Assembly (NCBI GenBank): GCA_021851895.1
Contig: JAJZQJ010000003.1
Location: 1-63,420, forward strand
DNA length: 63,420 nt
Source: a bacterium
GTDB taxonomy: Bacteria > Patescibacteriota > Minisyncoccia > Phycocordibacterales > UBA6899
Direction of reading: 5' to 3'
Shown here: piece by piece, positions 27,441 to 36,977 of the stretch
Layout of the letters: every line of letters begins with the position of its first letter
How positions within the stretch are numbered: the stretch's first letter is position 1
Translations under genes and position numbers: made by a program
The notes under the pieces: model-generated
Databases searched by the model: none
Seen by the model: only the letters and a program-made list of their open reading frames with translations
Told to the model about the DNA's origin: nothing

Positions 27441-28166
27441 ATGCCACAAGAAGTTCTTGAGGGTTCAGATGTTGGTGAACGTTCGGGGTTGCTTAACCTG
27501 CAGCCCCTTGCCCGATCCATCGTTGCGCTTATCGCTGTAGCCGTTATGGTTGCACCAGCAAGCGTATTTGCCGCAACACCCTCTCCCTTAGACGAGCATG
27601 ATGTAGACACGTATATCCAGCGCATTAATTCGCGTTATGGGGATCATGTCGACACCGCTGCAATGCTCGCAGATTATGATCGCGATATGATCGTTTCGGT
27701 CATCGCAGTCGAATCTGAAGGAAATCCCCGCGCAAAGTCGTCAGTAGGCGCACGTGGGTTGATGCAGCTTATGCCCGCAACTGCAAAGTTCTTTGGAGTG
27801 AAAGATCTCTCTGATCCATTCCAGAATATCCTTGCAGGCACGAAGTATCTTAAGGAGTTGCAGACCGATTATGGTTTCAAGACTCCCGAGGAGGCTTTGA
27901 TCGCCTACAATATGGGCCCCGCACGTGCACGTCGTTTCCTCTCTCAATATGATACTGAGGATCACTCGTACGTTCAGAAGGTAAAGTTCGTCTATAACCG
28001 CATCCAGGAGCAAAAGCATGATCTTGATCATGCAATTGCACTCAAGCAGTCTATCAATGATAGTCTCGCGAAGTCCGATGCAACAGCTAGCCCCATTGCC
28101 GTATCTGCGTTTGCTGCGAAGATACTCAACCCTATAAAGGTGGCAGAGGCGTCGACGAATAACTAA
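27441..28166 (+). CDS. lytic transglycosylase (SLT domain)
   Basis: VIAVESEGNPRAKSSVGARGLMQLMPATA...AYNMGP. Confidence 0.8.
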   Translation: MPQEVLEGSDVGERSGLLNLQPLARSIVALIAVAVMVAPASVFAATPSPLDEHDVDTYIQRINSRYGDHVDTAAMLADYDRDMIVSVIAVESEGNPRAKSSVGARGLMQLMPATAKFFGVKDLSDPFQNILAGTKYLKELQTDYGFKTPEEALIAYNMGPARARRFLSQYDTEDHSYVQKVKFVYNRIQEQKHDLDHAIALKQSINDSLAKSDATASPIAVSAFAAKILNPIKVAEASTNN

Positions 28167-28226
28167 ATACCCCATCGGGGTATTTTGTTTTTTTGTGGAT
28201 GAGTTGCATGTTGTTTACACTTTGCA

Positions 28227-28235
28227 TGCTATACT
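28227..28235 (+). promoter_or_regulatory. extended -10 box (TGCTATACT) 6 nt upstream of ATG 28242
   Basis: Leaderless-type geometry. Confidence 0.55.
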
Positions 28236-28241
28236 CAACGC

Positions 28242-28958
28242 ATGCTCGAAGTTTCTCTATTTTCTGCTTTTCTTGCTGGATTCCTGACCTTTCTTGCTCC
28301 ATGTACGCTTCCGCTCGTACCTGCTTATCTCGCTTTTCTTGCGGGGGGTACAGGGCCAGCAGAGGAGTCCAAGGTTTTTCAGCGCGCGCTCTCGTTCATG
28401 GCAGGTTTCTCTGCGGTGATCATACTGCTTGGCGTATTCGTCAACCAAATAGGTCGCTATGTCGCTACATATAGGGGAGTGCTGACGATGGCGGGAGGAC
28501 TGCTCTTTGTAGTGTTCGGCCTCATGCTTCTCGGGTTCATTCGTATACCCATGCAAACACGTGGACTGCCGAGCTATCTCCGTCCAACGAACAATTACAT
28601 CGCTGCAGTGCTCGGTGTTGTTTTCGCTTTTGGTTGGAGTCCTTGTGTCGGTCCGATCCTTGGGAGTATCTATGTACTTGCCGCACAGGCAGACACGGTG
28701 TTGCGTGGTACGCTCCTACTGACGCTCTATGCGCTTGGCCATAGTTTGCCATTTATATTGCTTGCATATTTTTACGATAAGTCATTTCGTGTGGTTTCCG
28801 TCCTCTCCCGCTATTCGGAACGCATTAGTCGTGGTGCAGGCGTCTTGATGATCGTTATCGGCCTATTCATGCTTTTTGGGCAGTACGGCTACCTCCTTTC
28901 GCTTTTTGGGAAGGTCATTGATGGAAATTGGCAGGAGCATTTACTTAATTATCTGTAG
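28242..28958 (+). CDS. ccdA: cytochrome c biogenesis/thiol-disulfide transporter CcdA (DsbD family)
   Basis: FLAGFLTFLAPCTLPLVPAYL and GWSPCVGPILG motifs. 6 TM helices. Confidence 0.85.
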   Translation: MLEVSLFSAFLAGFLTFLAPCTLPLVPAYLAFLAGGTGPAEESKVFQRALSFMAGFSAVIILLGVFVNQIGRYVATYRGVLTMAGGLLFVVFGLMLLGFIRIPMQTRGLPSYLRPTNNYIAAVLGVVFAFGWSPCVGPILGSIYVLAAQADTVLRGTLLLTLYALGHSLPFILLAYFYDKSFRVVSVLSRYSERISRGAGVLMIVIGLFMLFGQYGYLLSLFGKVIDGNWQEHLLNYL

Positions 28959-29001
28959 AACGGCCCATATGGGCTGTTTTTGCACATGGTATAATGCACA
29001 T

Positions 29002-29964
29002 ATGTCTCGACTGACGCGCATATTTTTATTCATGTTGTTGTGCCTGCCTTCGGCCGCAGCTGCAGTAACAAGCCCAGCGGGTATTCCTACTGGGGGTATA
29101 TGGTTCTCGAAAGAGCCGTTTTATGTTGGCGATCAAATAACCGTGAACTCATTGGTGTTCAATGCTTCGACGGTGGTTGTTCGTGGTTCACTTGAGTTGC
29201 TTGATGGTCCGACGATACTCCAACAAAAAGATGTCGTATTGAATCCAGGCGATTCAAAGATCATCAGTTTTCCATTGCAAGTGACGAGAGGAAAGCATGC
29301 GTATCAGATTCGAGTAGCAAACGGTGATTTCACTGATCAGGGCGGTCTCCCCGTAGTCTTAGGTTCGAGTGGAGACTATGTTGACCATACACTTGCGCTC
29401 GAACGTACTGCAATGGTTACTCCCGTACAGGCGGTACCCACAGGAGAAGACGTGTCGCAATCATCGACATCGACATTTGCCATAAATGCAGCTGATCCCA
29501 TAACCGCAAAAGATGCGCAGGGCGTTGCAAGCGCGGTTGAAAAGGTCATACCGCCATCTATCGTGCAGCCAGTGGTGAATGCTGCGGTGCCGGTCATTGG
29601 CGCTACCGAGTCATTTCGCGTGGGGGAAGCGAATGCAAATGCGAAGCGTATCGGTGTGACGATAGGGGATCTCGCAAGCGAGCTCGGCACGGCAAAGGTA
29701 CTTGGCGCATCGACAGAGGCAACGAGTTCAAAGAAGGGGATCATATCCGCAGTGATGGAGAAAATAAGCGCTTGGGGTGTATTTCGAAGAGGACTCACTA
29801 CGGGGAATTTCATACAATCACCATTTGGATACGTCAAATTATTCTTTTTCTTGCTTTATCACGCACTCATCAGCTCTGCGTGGGTGTTCTATGGGGTCGC
29901 AGCTGCAGCACTCATTAAGGCGCTATTCTATGTAAAAAACCTTATTTTCCCAAAGCCTGTATAG
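29002..29964 (+). CDS. secreted protein with C-terminal membrane anchor
   Basis: Start MSRLTRIFLFMLLCLPSAAAA (signal peptide) set by tggtataat plus 6 nt. C-terminal TM helix. Confidence 0.5.
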   Translation: MSRLTRIFLFMLLCLPSAAAAVTSPAGIPTGGIWFSKEPFYVGDQITVNSLVFNASTVVVRGSLELLDGPTILQQKDVVLNPGDSKIISFPLQVTRGKHAYQIRVANGDFTDQGGLPVVLGSSGDYVDHTLALERTAMVTPVQAVPTGEDVSQSSTSTFAINAADPITAKDAQGVASAVEKVIPPSIVQPVVNAAVPVIGATESFRVGEANANAKRIGVTIGDLASELGTAKVLGASTEATSSKKGIISAVMEKISAWGVFRRGLTTGNFIQSPFGYVKLFFFLLYHALISSAWVFYGVAAAALIKALFYVKNLIFPKPV

Positions 29965-30067
29965 ATATGAAACATGAACGCCTGGGCGTTCATTTTCATT
30001 ATTAAATAGGTTGACGAATCGCTACTATTTATGTTCCAGACATTTATGGCGAACATAACGTGCTAGT

Positions 30068-30619
30068 ATGGAAAACATTATTGAAAGCACGAACATAATC
30101 ATGGATAAAAAGACACAGATTAAGGTGGCTATCGGAACCGCCGTCCTCGTTGTGGTTCTCCTGCTCATCGCAGTATGGAGTAGCAAGAGCTCATCAAAGA
30201 CCGAGACTGTCGCGACCTCCACAGCAGCGACGACGACCATCACTAAGGCGTCGGTAACCCCAGGGACGACTGGCCTCCCAGATGCATCGCTCATACCAAA
30301 GAATGTCACGAATGGTCTTGCGGCTGCGGATCAGGTCACTGGCGAATTCGTCGCAGTTACCGATATGCACATCACTGCAGATACATGGGTCACTGTCTAC
30401 GACGATGTGAATGGACAGCCTGGGCGTGTTATGGGAGCTTGGCTTGAGCGTGCGATATCCGCATCTCCAAAGACCATCGTTCCGCTCCTTTCTCGTAAGA
30501 CGGAGTCTGGAAAGCGCTATTACGTCGCTCTTATAAAGGATGATGGTGATATGGAGTTCGATCTTTCGAAGGATCGTCCGACTGCCGATTCACCAGTCGT
30601 CTCATTCATCGCAAAGTAG
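30068..30619 (+). CDS. membrane-anchored hypothetical protein (Thr-rich linker)
   Basis: One TM helix then a beta-rich domain. Start may be 30101 (MDKKTQ). Confidence 0.45.
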   Translation: MENIIESTNIIMDKKTQIKVAIGTAVLVVVLLLIAVWSSKSSSKTETVATSTAATTTITKASVTPGTTGLPDASLIPKNVTNGLAAADQVTGEFVAVTDMHITADTWVTVYDDVNGQPGRVMGAWLERAISASPKTIVPLLSRKTESGKRYYVALIKDDGDMEFDLSKDRPTADSPVVSFIAK

Positions 30620-30632
30620 TTAACGAATCATA

Positions 30633-30657
30633 AAAAACACCGATTTCGGTGTTTTTT
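30633..30657 (+). terminator. intrinsic terminator
   Basis: aaaaaacaccg-attt-cggtgtttttt. A second, opposite-strand terminator lies at 30671-30690. Confidence 0.7.
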
Positions 30658-30693
30658 ACATGAAATGAAAAACGCACCGGAGGGTGCGTTCGA

Positions 30694-31110
30694 TCAGAGC
30701 TCATCGAGATGTTCATAGATGAGTTGCCAGTGACTGATGACACCAGCGAGTGCGACGAGGATGAAAGCTACTGCGACGACGCTCATGAGTATGCCGGAGC
30801 CGATCCAGCCCAAAGCCTCTTCGTGGTAGGCGAGTGGGAGGAGTCCGAATGCGACAGGCATCCCATGCAGGAAGTAAGCGTGCACCGATGGTGTCACATC
30901 ATCCATAATAGATAGACAATTCACGACGACGCCGAGGATGGCGAGCGCGAACGAAATCCAGAGGAGCACGTTGGGCCTGATGTTGAACAAGTGGGTAACG
31001 TACTGGAAGAGGTAAAGCAAGATGCAAATGATGAAGAGCGAAAAGAAGAGACTCTTGAGGGCATTCGTGGTGACCATGCTGCCTCCGTTTTGCTTATGTT
31101 GTTTTACCAC
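30694..31110 (-). CDS. small polytopic membrane protein
   Basis: 4 predicted TM helices. 138 aa. Confidence 0.45.
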   Translation of the reverse strand: MVKQHKQNGGSMVTTNALKSLFFSLFIICILLYLFQYVTHLFNIRPNVLLWISFALAILGVVVNCLSIMDDVTPSVHAYFLHGMPVAFGLLPLAYHEEALGWIGSGILMSVVAVAFILVALAGVISHWQLIYEHLDEL

Positions 31111-31171
31111 GTGCTTTCAAATTAGCAAGTGAGATCGGTGTATTTCATTGCGGAGAGAAAAAATGCGTGTA

Positions 31172-31180
31172 TGCTATACT
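31172..31180 (+). promoter_or_regulatory. extended -10 box (TGCTATACT) 6 nt upstream of uvrB ATG 31187
   Basis: Leaderless-type geometry. Confidence 0.55.
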
Positions 31181-31186
31181 TTTATC

Positions 31187-33295
31187 ATGTCATTCTCATT
31201 ACAACCCGAGTGGAAGCCAGCTGGCGATCAACCTCAAGCGATCGATGCACTCGTCGCGAATTTTGAGCAGGGCTCAGAGAGGCAGACCTTGCTCGGTGTA
31301 ACCGGGTCGGGAAAGACGTTTACCGCAGCGAATGTCATCGCAAGAATCGGAAAGCCGACTCTCGTCATCGCACACAATAAGACGCTCGCAGCTCAGCTTG
31401 CCCAAGAGTACAGGACTTTCTTTCCAAACAATGCGGTGCATTATTTCGTCTCGTACTATGACTATTATCAGCCAGAGGCATATATCCCGACGACGGATAC
31501 TTATATCGAGAAAGATGCTGCGATCAATGCCGAGATCGAGCGTCTTCGTCATGCATCGACCCAGGCGTTGCTTACCCGTGATGATGTGATCATCGTAGCA
31601 TCTGTTTCCTGCATCTACGGCCTCGGTTCTCCGGAGGAATATAAGAAGGTCAATATCAAGCTTGAAAAAGGTGCTGTACTTTCTCGTAACGATCTTATCC
31701 GTAGACTCGTCGGTGTCTATTTCACGCGTACGACCGCAGATCTCACCCCGGGCACATTTCGTTCCGTTGGGAATCATGTCGAGATCATGCCGACATCCGA
31801 GCTCACAATATATGAGATCTCGTTTTCTGGCGCCTCGATAGAGCGCATCATGCAAATCGACCCTATGACTCGTGCTGAAGTCCGTGAACATACTGCATTG
31901 TTCGTGTTTCCGGCGAAACATTTCGTCACCCCAGAGGATGAGCGACTTCGTGCTGTGGAGGACATCAAGCGAGAGCTCGGAGATCAATTGCAGCACTTCG
32001 ATCGCGAAGGGAAGATACTTGAGGCAGAGCGCTTGAAGAGGCGTACGAATTATGACCTCGCGATGATATCAGAGGTTGGTTATTGCTCGGGCATCGAGAA
32101 TTATTCAAGGCATTTCGACGGTCGTGGTCCGGGCGAGGCTCCAAGTACGTTGCTTTCGTATTTTCCACACAAAGCAGATGGGACACCTGATTTTTTGACG
32201 ATCATCGATGAGTCACATGTTACGATCCCCCAGTTGCGTGCGATGTTTGCTGGAGACCAATCTCGAAAGGAGACCCTGGTACAGCATGGTTTTCGTCTTC
32301 CTTCGGCAAAGGATAATAGGCCGTTGCGTTTTGAAGAGTGGAATGAACGCGTGGGAAAGATACTCTTTACCTCAGCAACCCCTGGTGAATATGAACGTGT
32401 TGAGTCAGAGAACATCGTTGAGCAAGTCATTCGTCCAACGGGCCTCCTTGATCCACTTATTGAAGTCCGGCCTGTCGTCGGGAGGGATGGTGCGCTCGGT
32501 CAGGTACAGGATTTTCTCGAGGAGGCGACGCGAGTGATCGCATCTGGCTCTCGAGTGCTCGTGACGACGCTCACGAAGCGTATGGCGGAGGATTTGTCTG
32601 GTTTCCTTATCGAAAGAGGGATGAAGGCAGCATATCTCCATAGTGACGTAAAGACGCTCGATCGAATTCAGATTCTTACTGATTTCAGAAAGGGTGACTA
32701 TGACTGTCTTGTCGGTGTCAACTTGCTCCGTGAGGGACTCGATCTTCCTGAGGTCGCCTTAGTTGCCATTCTGGATGCGGATAAAGAGGGTTTCCTTCGC
32801 TCAGAGACTGCACTCATTCAGACCATTGGTAGAGCAGCGAGAAACGTTGAAGGCCGTGTCATTGTTTATGCAGACAGGCTGTCGCAGGCGCTCGAGTTTG
32901 CTATCAAGGAAACATCGCGAAGAAGGGCGCTGCAGGAGGCATACAATAATGCGCACGGCATCACCCCCAAGACGATTTCCAAGCAAATTCACGATATCAC
33001 TGAGGGTATGGAAAAAACCAATAAGGAGGCACTCCGTGAGTTGATCTCTATCGACAGGGTACGCTTTGCTGAGGATCCGAATGCCCTGATAAAAGAAAAG
33101 GAAAAGGAGATGGAGGATGCAGTCGCTGCACTCGACTTCGAGACTGCTGCGTTTCTTCGTGATGAGATCGCCGCACTCGCAAATGAGCTTGGAATAAAAC
33201 ACAAAGCCGCAGCTGCATCGAAGAAGGTGAAAGATGAAGAAGACAAGCGTCCAGCAGGACGAACAAAGAGAAAGACCGTCCTACATAGAAAATAG
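31187..33295 (+). CDS. uvrB: excinuclease ABC subunit B
   Basis: PAGDQPQAI, GVTGSGKTFT Walker A, DESH, beta-hairpin region, C-terminal UVR domain (FETAAFLRDEI). Confidence 0.95.
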   Translation: MSFSLQPEWKPAGDQPQAIDALVANFEQGSERQTLLGVTGSGKTFTAANVIARIGKPTLVIAHNKTLAAQLAQEYRTFFPNNAVHYFVSYYDYYQPEAYIPTTDTYIEKDAAINAEIERLRHASTQALLTRDDVIIVASVSCIYGLGSPEEYKKVNIKLEKGAVLSRNDLIRRLVGVYFTRTTADLTPGTFRSVGNHVEIMPTSELTIYEISFSGASIERIMQIDPMTRAEVREHTALFVFPAKHFVTPEDERLRAVEDIKRELGDQLQHFDREGKILEAERLKRRTNYDLAMISEVGYCSGIENYSRHFDGRGPGEAPSTLLSYFPHKADGTPDFLTIIDESHVTIPQLRAMFAGDQSRKETLVQHGFRLPSAKDNRPLRFEEWNERVGKILFTSATPGEYERVESENIVEQVIRPTGLLDPLIEVRPVVGRDGALGQVQDFLEEATRVIASGSRVLVTTLTKRMAEDLSGFLIERGMKAAYLHSDVKTLDRIQILTDFRKGDYDCLVGVNLLREGLDLPEVALVAILDADKEGFLRSETALIQTIGRAARNVEGRVIVYADRLSQALEFAIKETSRRRALQEAYNNAHGITPKTISKQIHDITEGMEKTNKEALRELISIDRVRFAEDPNALIKEKEKEMEDAVAALDFETAAFLRDEIAALANELGIKHKAAAASKKVKDEEDKRPAGRTKRKTVLHRK

Positions 33296-33361
33296 CACAA
33301 GCGAAACCGCTTGCGCTATTTTTTCTGAGTTTGCACATCGTATTGTGCTATAATGGGACAA

Positions 33362-34546
33362 ATGATCTCCGTGAGTATCGGTGTTGGCAAGAATGATGAT
33401 GCGCGTCGATCAGGTGCCGATGCGGTGACGCAGGCGCTTGCGACGATGCCGGACAAGCATGCAGACTGCTTGGTCGTTTTCGGTTCTTCTCTCGTCGATC
33501 AGGATGCGCTTATGGCGGGCATAAAAGACGCAGCACCTATGGTTCCCATGGTCGGCTGTAGCACTGCCGGTGAGATCTCAAGTGATGGACTTGCTTCCGA
33601 GGGTGGTGTCGTCGTTGCTGCTTTCTCCTCCGATCAACTACAATTTGGTACTGGATTCGCAACGCACATGCAATGGAATGCGCGTCGTACTGGCGTAGAT
33701 CTTGCGCATTCGATACATGATGCAATGGAGGTACAGATGACCTCAGGACTCTTTTTTGGAAATGTGCTCTCGGGTGGAATGGAAGATGTCCTTCTTGGAC
33801 TCAGGGAGCAAGTGGGTACGGCGATCGATATCGTTGCGGCGGGGGCTGCGGACAATTTTTCTTATTATGAGACCAGTCAATATTACAATGACAGGGCATT
33901 CGGTGACGCCATGTCCGGTATTGGGTTTTCTGGTAGATATTCCTCTGCGAGTGCAATTCGTCACGGATTTTTGCCTGTTGGAGCATCTCGAAAGATAACG
34001 AAGGCAACTGAGAATGTCATCGAGGAGATCGATGGTATGCCCGCAATTCGTTTGTATGAGGATTACTTTGGTGAGCAGTACGCGACAATGCTTTCGGAGG
34101 GGAAGCTCACCGCATTCGCATCTTCGTACCCACTTGGAATCTATGTGGACGAACGTTCGAAGCCGGTATTACGTAGTCCTCTTCGTGTTGACGTGACAAG
34201 TGGGCACATTATTTGCGGAGGTAGCGTGAAAACTGGTAGCGCATTGAGGCTTATGATCTCTGATAAGCAGCAAGTCGTCTCGACTGCTCGTGATGCTGCA
34301 CGAGAGCTCATGGATAAACTTGGGGGCAAAAAACCGAAGATCGTTTTTATGTTCTCGTCTTCCTCACGAAAGAAGATACTTGGTCATTCAGCTCCAAGGG
34401 AAGTTCGTGCAGTGCAGGAGGAGATCGGCCTCGATGTTCCACTGCTGGGATTTTATAGTTATGGAGAATGTGTGGGTTCCGGAAATGAGAATGGTTCCAT
34501 GGTCTTTCATAATGGCTCGGTCATGCTCTTCGCAATTGCAGAGTAA
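33362..34546 (+). CDS. FIST-domain signal-sensing protein
   Basis: FIST_N/FIST_C layout (ADCLVVFGS..., GCSTAGEI, FYSYGE). tgctataat plus 7 nt plus ATG 33362. Confidence 0.7.
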   Translation: MISVSIGVGKNDDARRSGADAVTQALATMPDKHADCLVVFGSSLVDQDALMAGIKDAAPMVPMVGCSTAGEISSDGLASEGGVVVAAFSSDQLQFGTGFATHMQWNARRTGVDLAHSIHDAMEVQMTSGLFFGNVLSGGMEDVLLGLREQVGTAIDIVAAGAADNFSYYETSQYYNDRAFGDAMSGIGFSGRYSSASAIRHGFLPVGASRKITKATENVIEEIDGMPAIRLYEDYFGEQYATMLSEGKLTAFASSYPLGIYVDERSKPVLRSPLRVDVTSGHIICGGSVKTGSALRLMISDKQQVVSTARDAARELMDKLGGKKPKIVFMFSSSSRKKILGHSAPREVRAVQEEIGLDVPLLGFYSYGECVGSGNENGSMVFHNGSVMLFAIAE

Positions 34547-34551
34547 AAGTT

Positions 34552-36021
34552 ATGAGTGAAAACATCTCTACAAAGATCGCTCGTGAAGCATATGCATCAT
34601 CGCTTTGGGTTGTGCGCGCACGTTGGTACTATGTATTCCTCGCATTCATGCTGGGGGTCATTTCGATAACTCCGGAGTCATATGCGACGACACTTCCACT
34701 GCTTACGGGCATGTTCCTCTTCGCATTGATCGTCAATCTTATCCTCGCACTCTATCTTCATCGGAATTCTGCAGATGAGTTGGGGGAGATCAAGTTGTGG
34801 AGGATCAATGTCGGCCAGGTTGTGTTCGACATGCTCTATATATTCTTCTTCCTCGTTGCGACCGGTTCTGGACTCACCTCTTTCATACATGTTTTCTTTT
34901 TCGTCCCGATCATCATTTCAATGATCTTGTTCGGATTCCGTGGCGCGATGAGTGTCGCAGTGCTTTCTGGTGTATTCTTGCTCGTTTCCGAGTTCGCTGA
35001 AAACGGAATCATGCAGGCTGCACTGCTTCATCCGTCCGCACTCCCCGCACTCCTTCGTTCCCATGGCATCATCATGGATTTTGCTCAGTCGAGCGTCGTT
35101 GTATTGATCTACATCATCATTGGATTCTTCTCAGGTAACGTCGCGAGGACACTTGCTTCTCGCGAGGCTGACCTCCGAAGACAGTTCCTTGAAGAGGAAG
35201 CAATGGTGAATAAACTGAGTGATCTTACGAGGGATCTCGAGCAGAGTTCGCGTATGCTTGTACGCCGCGACATCGAGCTCACTATTGCAAATGAACACAT
35301 GCAAGCTTTGGATGCGATGAAGACAGAGATCATCTCTGTTGCTGCGCATCAATTACGCACTCCGCTTTCGGGTATGAAGTGGATGATGAAGATGCTCCTT
35401 GTGGGCGATGTCGGTGAAATTACCCCATCGCAAAGGGATCTTCTTGAGAGAGGTTTCGAGTCGAATGAGCGTTTGATACGCTTGGTAAATGACATGCTCG
35501 CTGTTGATAGGCTCGAGTCGGGTAGGGTGAAATATGTCTTCGTGCCTGTACAGATTCAAAGTCTTATTGAGAAGGTTGTTGCCGATCTTCTTGTACATGC
35601 AACTGAGAAAAATGTGCATATCATCACAAGGCTCGCGCCCGATGTTCCAAAACTCTATCTCGATCCTGAAAGGATCACTGATATGCTGAATAATCTCATT
35701 GATAATGCGATTAAGTACAGCATGACCGATGATGCAGTGGTCATTACGCTTACCAAAGATGGCGATACTGCGCAGCTCATGGTGAAGGATCAGGGCATCG
35801 GCATTCCCGAAAAGGATCAGTCAAGAGTCTTTTCGCGATTCTTTAGAGCCTCGAATGCAATGCAGTACCAAACTGAGGGCTCCGGGCTCGGTTTGCCAAT
35901 CGCGCAGAGCGTTGCGTTGCGCCATGGAGGAAAGATCTGGTTTGAGTCGAAAGAGGGAGAGGGGTCAACGTTCACTGTTCAATTACCGATCTCGAGAAAG
36001 AATTCAGAAATTGTACAATAA
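34552..36021 (+). CDS. sensor histidine kinase (polytopic N-terminal domain)
   Basis: About 6 TM helices. H-box ISVAAHQLRTPL. HATPase boxes DNAIKYS, DQGIGI, GSGLGL. Confidence 0.85.
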   Translation: MSENISTKIAREAYASSLWVVRARWYYVFLAFMLGVISITPESYATTLPLLTGMFLFALIVNLILALYLHRNSADELGEIKLWRINVGQVVFDMLYIFFFLVATGSGLTSFIHVFFFVPIIISMILFGFRGAMSVAVLSGVFLLVSEFAENGIMQAALLHPSALPALLRSHGIIMDFAQSSVVVLIYIIIGFFSGNVARTLASREADLRRQFLEEEAMVNKLSDLTRDLEQSSRMLVRRDIELTIANEHMQALDAMKTEIISVAAHQLRTPLSGMKWMMKMLLVGDVGEITPSQRDLLERGFESNERLIRLVNDMLAVDRLESGRVKYVFVPVQIQSLIEKVVADLLVHATEKNVHIITRLAPDVPKLYLDPERITDMLNNLIDNAIKYSMTDDAVVITLTKDGDTAQLMVKDQGIGIPEKDQSRVFSRFFRASNAMQYQTEGSGLGLPIAQSVALRHGGKIWFESKEGEGSTFTVQLPISRKNSEIVQ

Positions 36022-36085
36022 AGTATAGATACATTCGTTTTTGAGAGCAGTCTCGACTATTATATTGTGTTATAATACCAGAAAT

Positions 36086-36880
36086 ATGTCAGCAATCATT
36101 CTATTTACCGAACAGCAAAAGTTGATCGATGGTCTTAAAGATATACTTGCTCCGCAGGGTGTTTCCGTTGTACCCATCGCCGATCCAACACAGTTTCTTT
36201 CTACGGTTCTCTCAACGAAGCCCGCGTTGATCATTATCGATGTTGCGGTCGCGGGGAAGACCGGATTGCAGTATCTTGAAGAGCTTCGTAAGGCAGATGC
36301 TTCTGTCGCGAATACTCCGGTGATCATTGGTGAAGAAACAGGTGATCTTATGGTCATCTCAAGAGCATTACAACTTCAGATCGCGGATTACTTCGTTACG
36401 GGAAAGTTTGACGTCACCTCAACCCTTGCAAAGATATTCAGGCATCTTCCTGAGAGCGAAGGCGTGACACCTCCTCCTTCTGTTGTCATGCATGAGGAAA
36501 ATAAGCATTATACGCTTTTGCTCATCGAAGATGACCGATTTCTTCGCGATCTCGCGATACAAAAATTCTCCGCGGATAAAACACTGACAGTGATCACTGC
36601 AATGGATGGAGAGCAGGGAGTGATGCTTGCGGAAAAGCATATTCCGCATGTCATACTTCTCGATATTCTTTTGCCGGGAATAGATGGTTTCGAGGTATTA
36701 AAGAGGATCCGTTCGAAGCCACAATTCGGAAGGACGGTAATCGCTATGCTCTCGAATTTTGGACAGCGCGAGGATATCGATAAGGCAATGCAATTGGGCG
36801 CAAATCAGTTCTTCATCAAGGCTAATTTCACACTTGATGAAATCGTGGTGGAGGTCAAGAAAATGCTTGCAAAGTATTAA
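36086..36880 (+). CDS. response regulator with two tandem receiver domains
   Basis: Divergent first REC (ALIIIDV). Canonical second REC (LLLIEDDRFL...ILLDILLPGIDGF...LSNF). Start after tgttataat. Confidence 0.75.
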   Translation: MSAIILFTEQQKLIDGLKDILAPQGVSVVPIADPTQFLSTVLSTKPALIIIDVAVAGKTGLQYLEELRKADASVANTPVIIGEETGDLMVISRALQLQIADYFVTGKFDVTSTLAKIFRHLPESEGVTPPPSVVMHEENKHYTLLLIEDDRFLRDLAIQKFSADKTLTVITAMDGEQGVMLAEKHIPHVILLDILLPGIDGFEVLKRIRSKPQFGRTVIAMLSNFGQREDIDKAMQLGANQFFIKANFTLDEIVVEVKKMLAKY

Positions 36881-36962
36881 GCTCACAAAAAGGAAACCAG
36901 AAGTCGCACGTGTGTGCGACTTTTTGCGTCTTTAGGATGCTATACACTTTCCCTTGCGCATA

Positions 36963-36971
36963 TGGTAATCT
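36963..36971 (+). promoter_or_regulatory. extended -10 box (TGGTAATCT) 6 nt upstream of uvrA ATG 36978
   Basis: Leaderless-type geometry. Confidence 0.5.
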
Positions 36972-36977
36972 GGTGTG

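Noticed and set aside
31148-31186. N-terminal extensions in the ORF track (31148, 44093, 28876, 53665, 58364, 36041, 17829, 10312, 2484, 13895, 33353, 11050, 7091).
   Set aside because: Internal ATGs are preceded at fixed distance by an extended -10 box or follow the upstream gene's terminator. The extensions also overlap terminators or intergenic hairpins and are non-protein-like in sequence.
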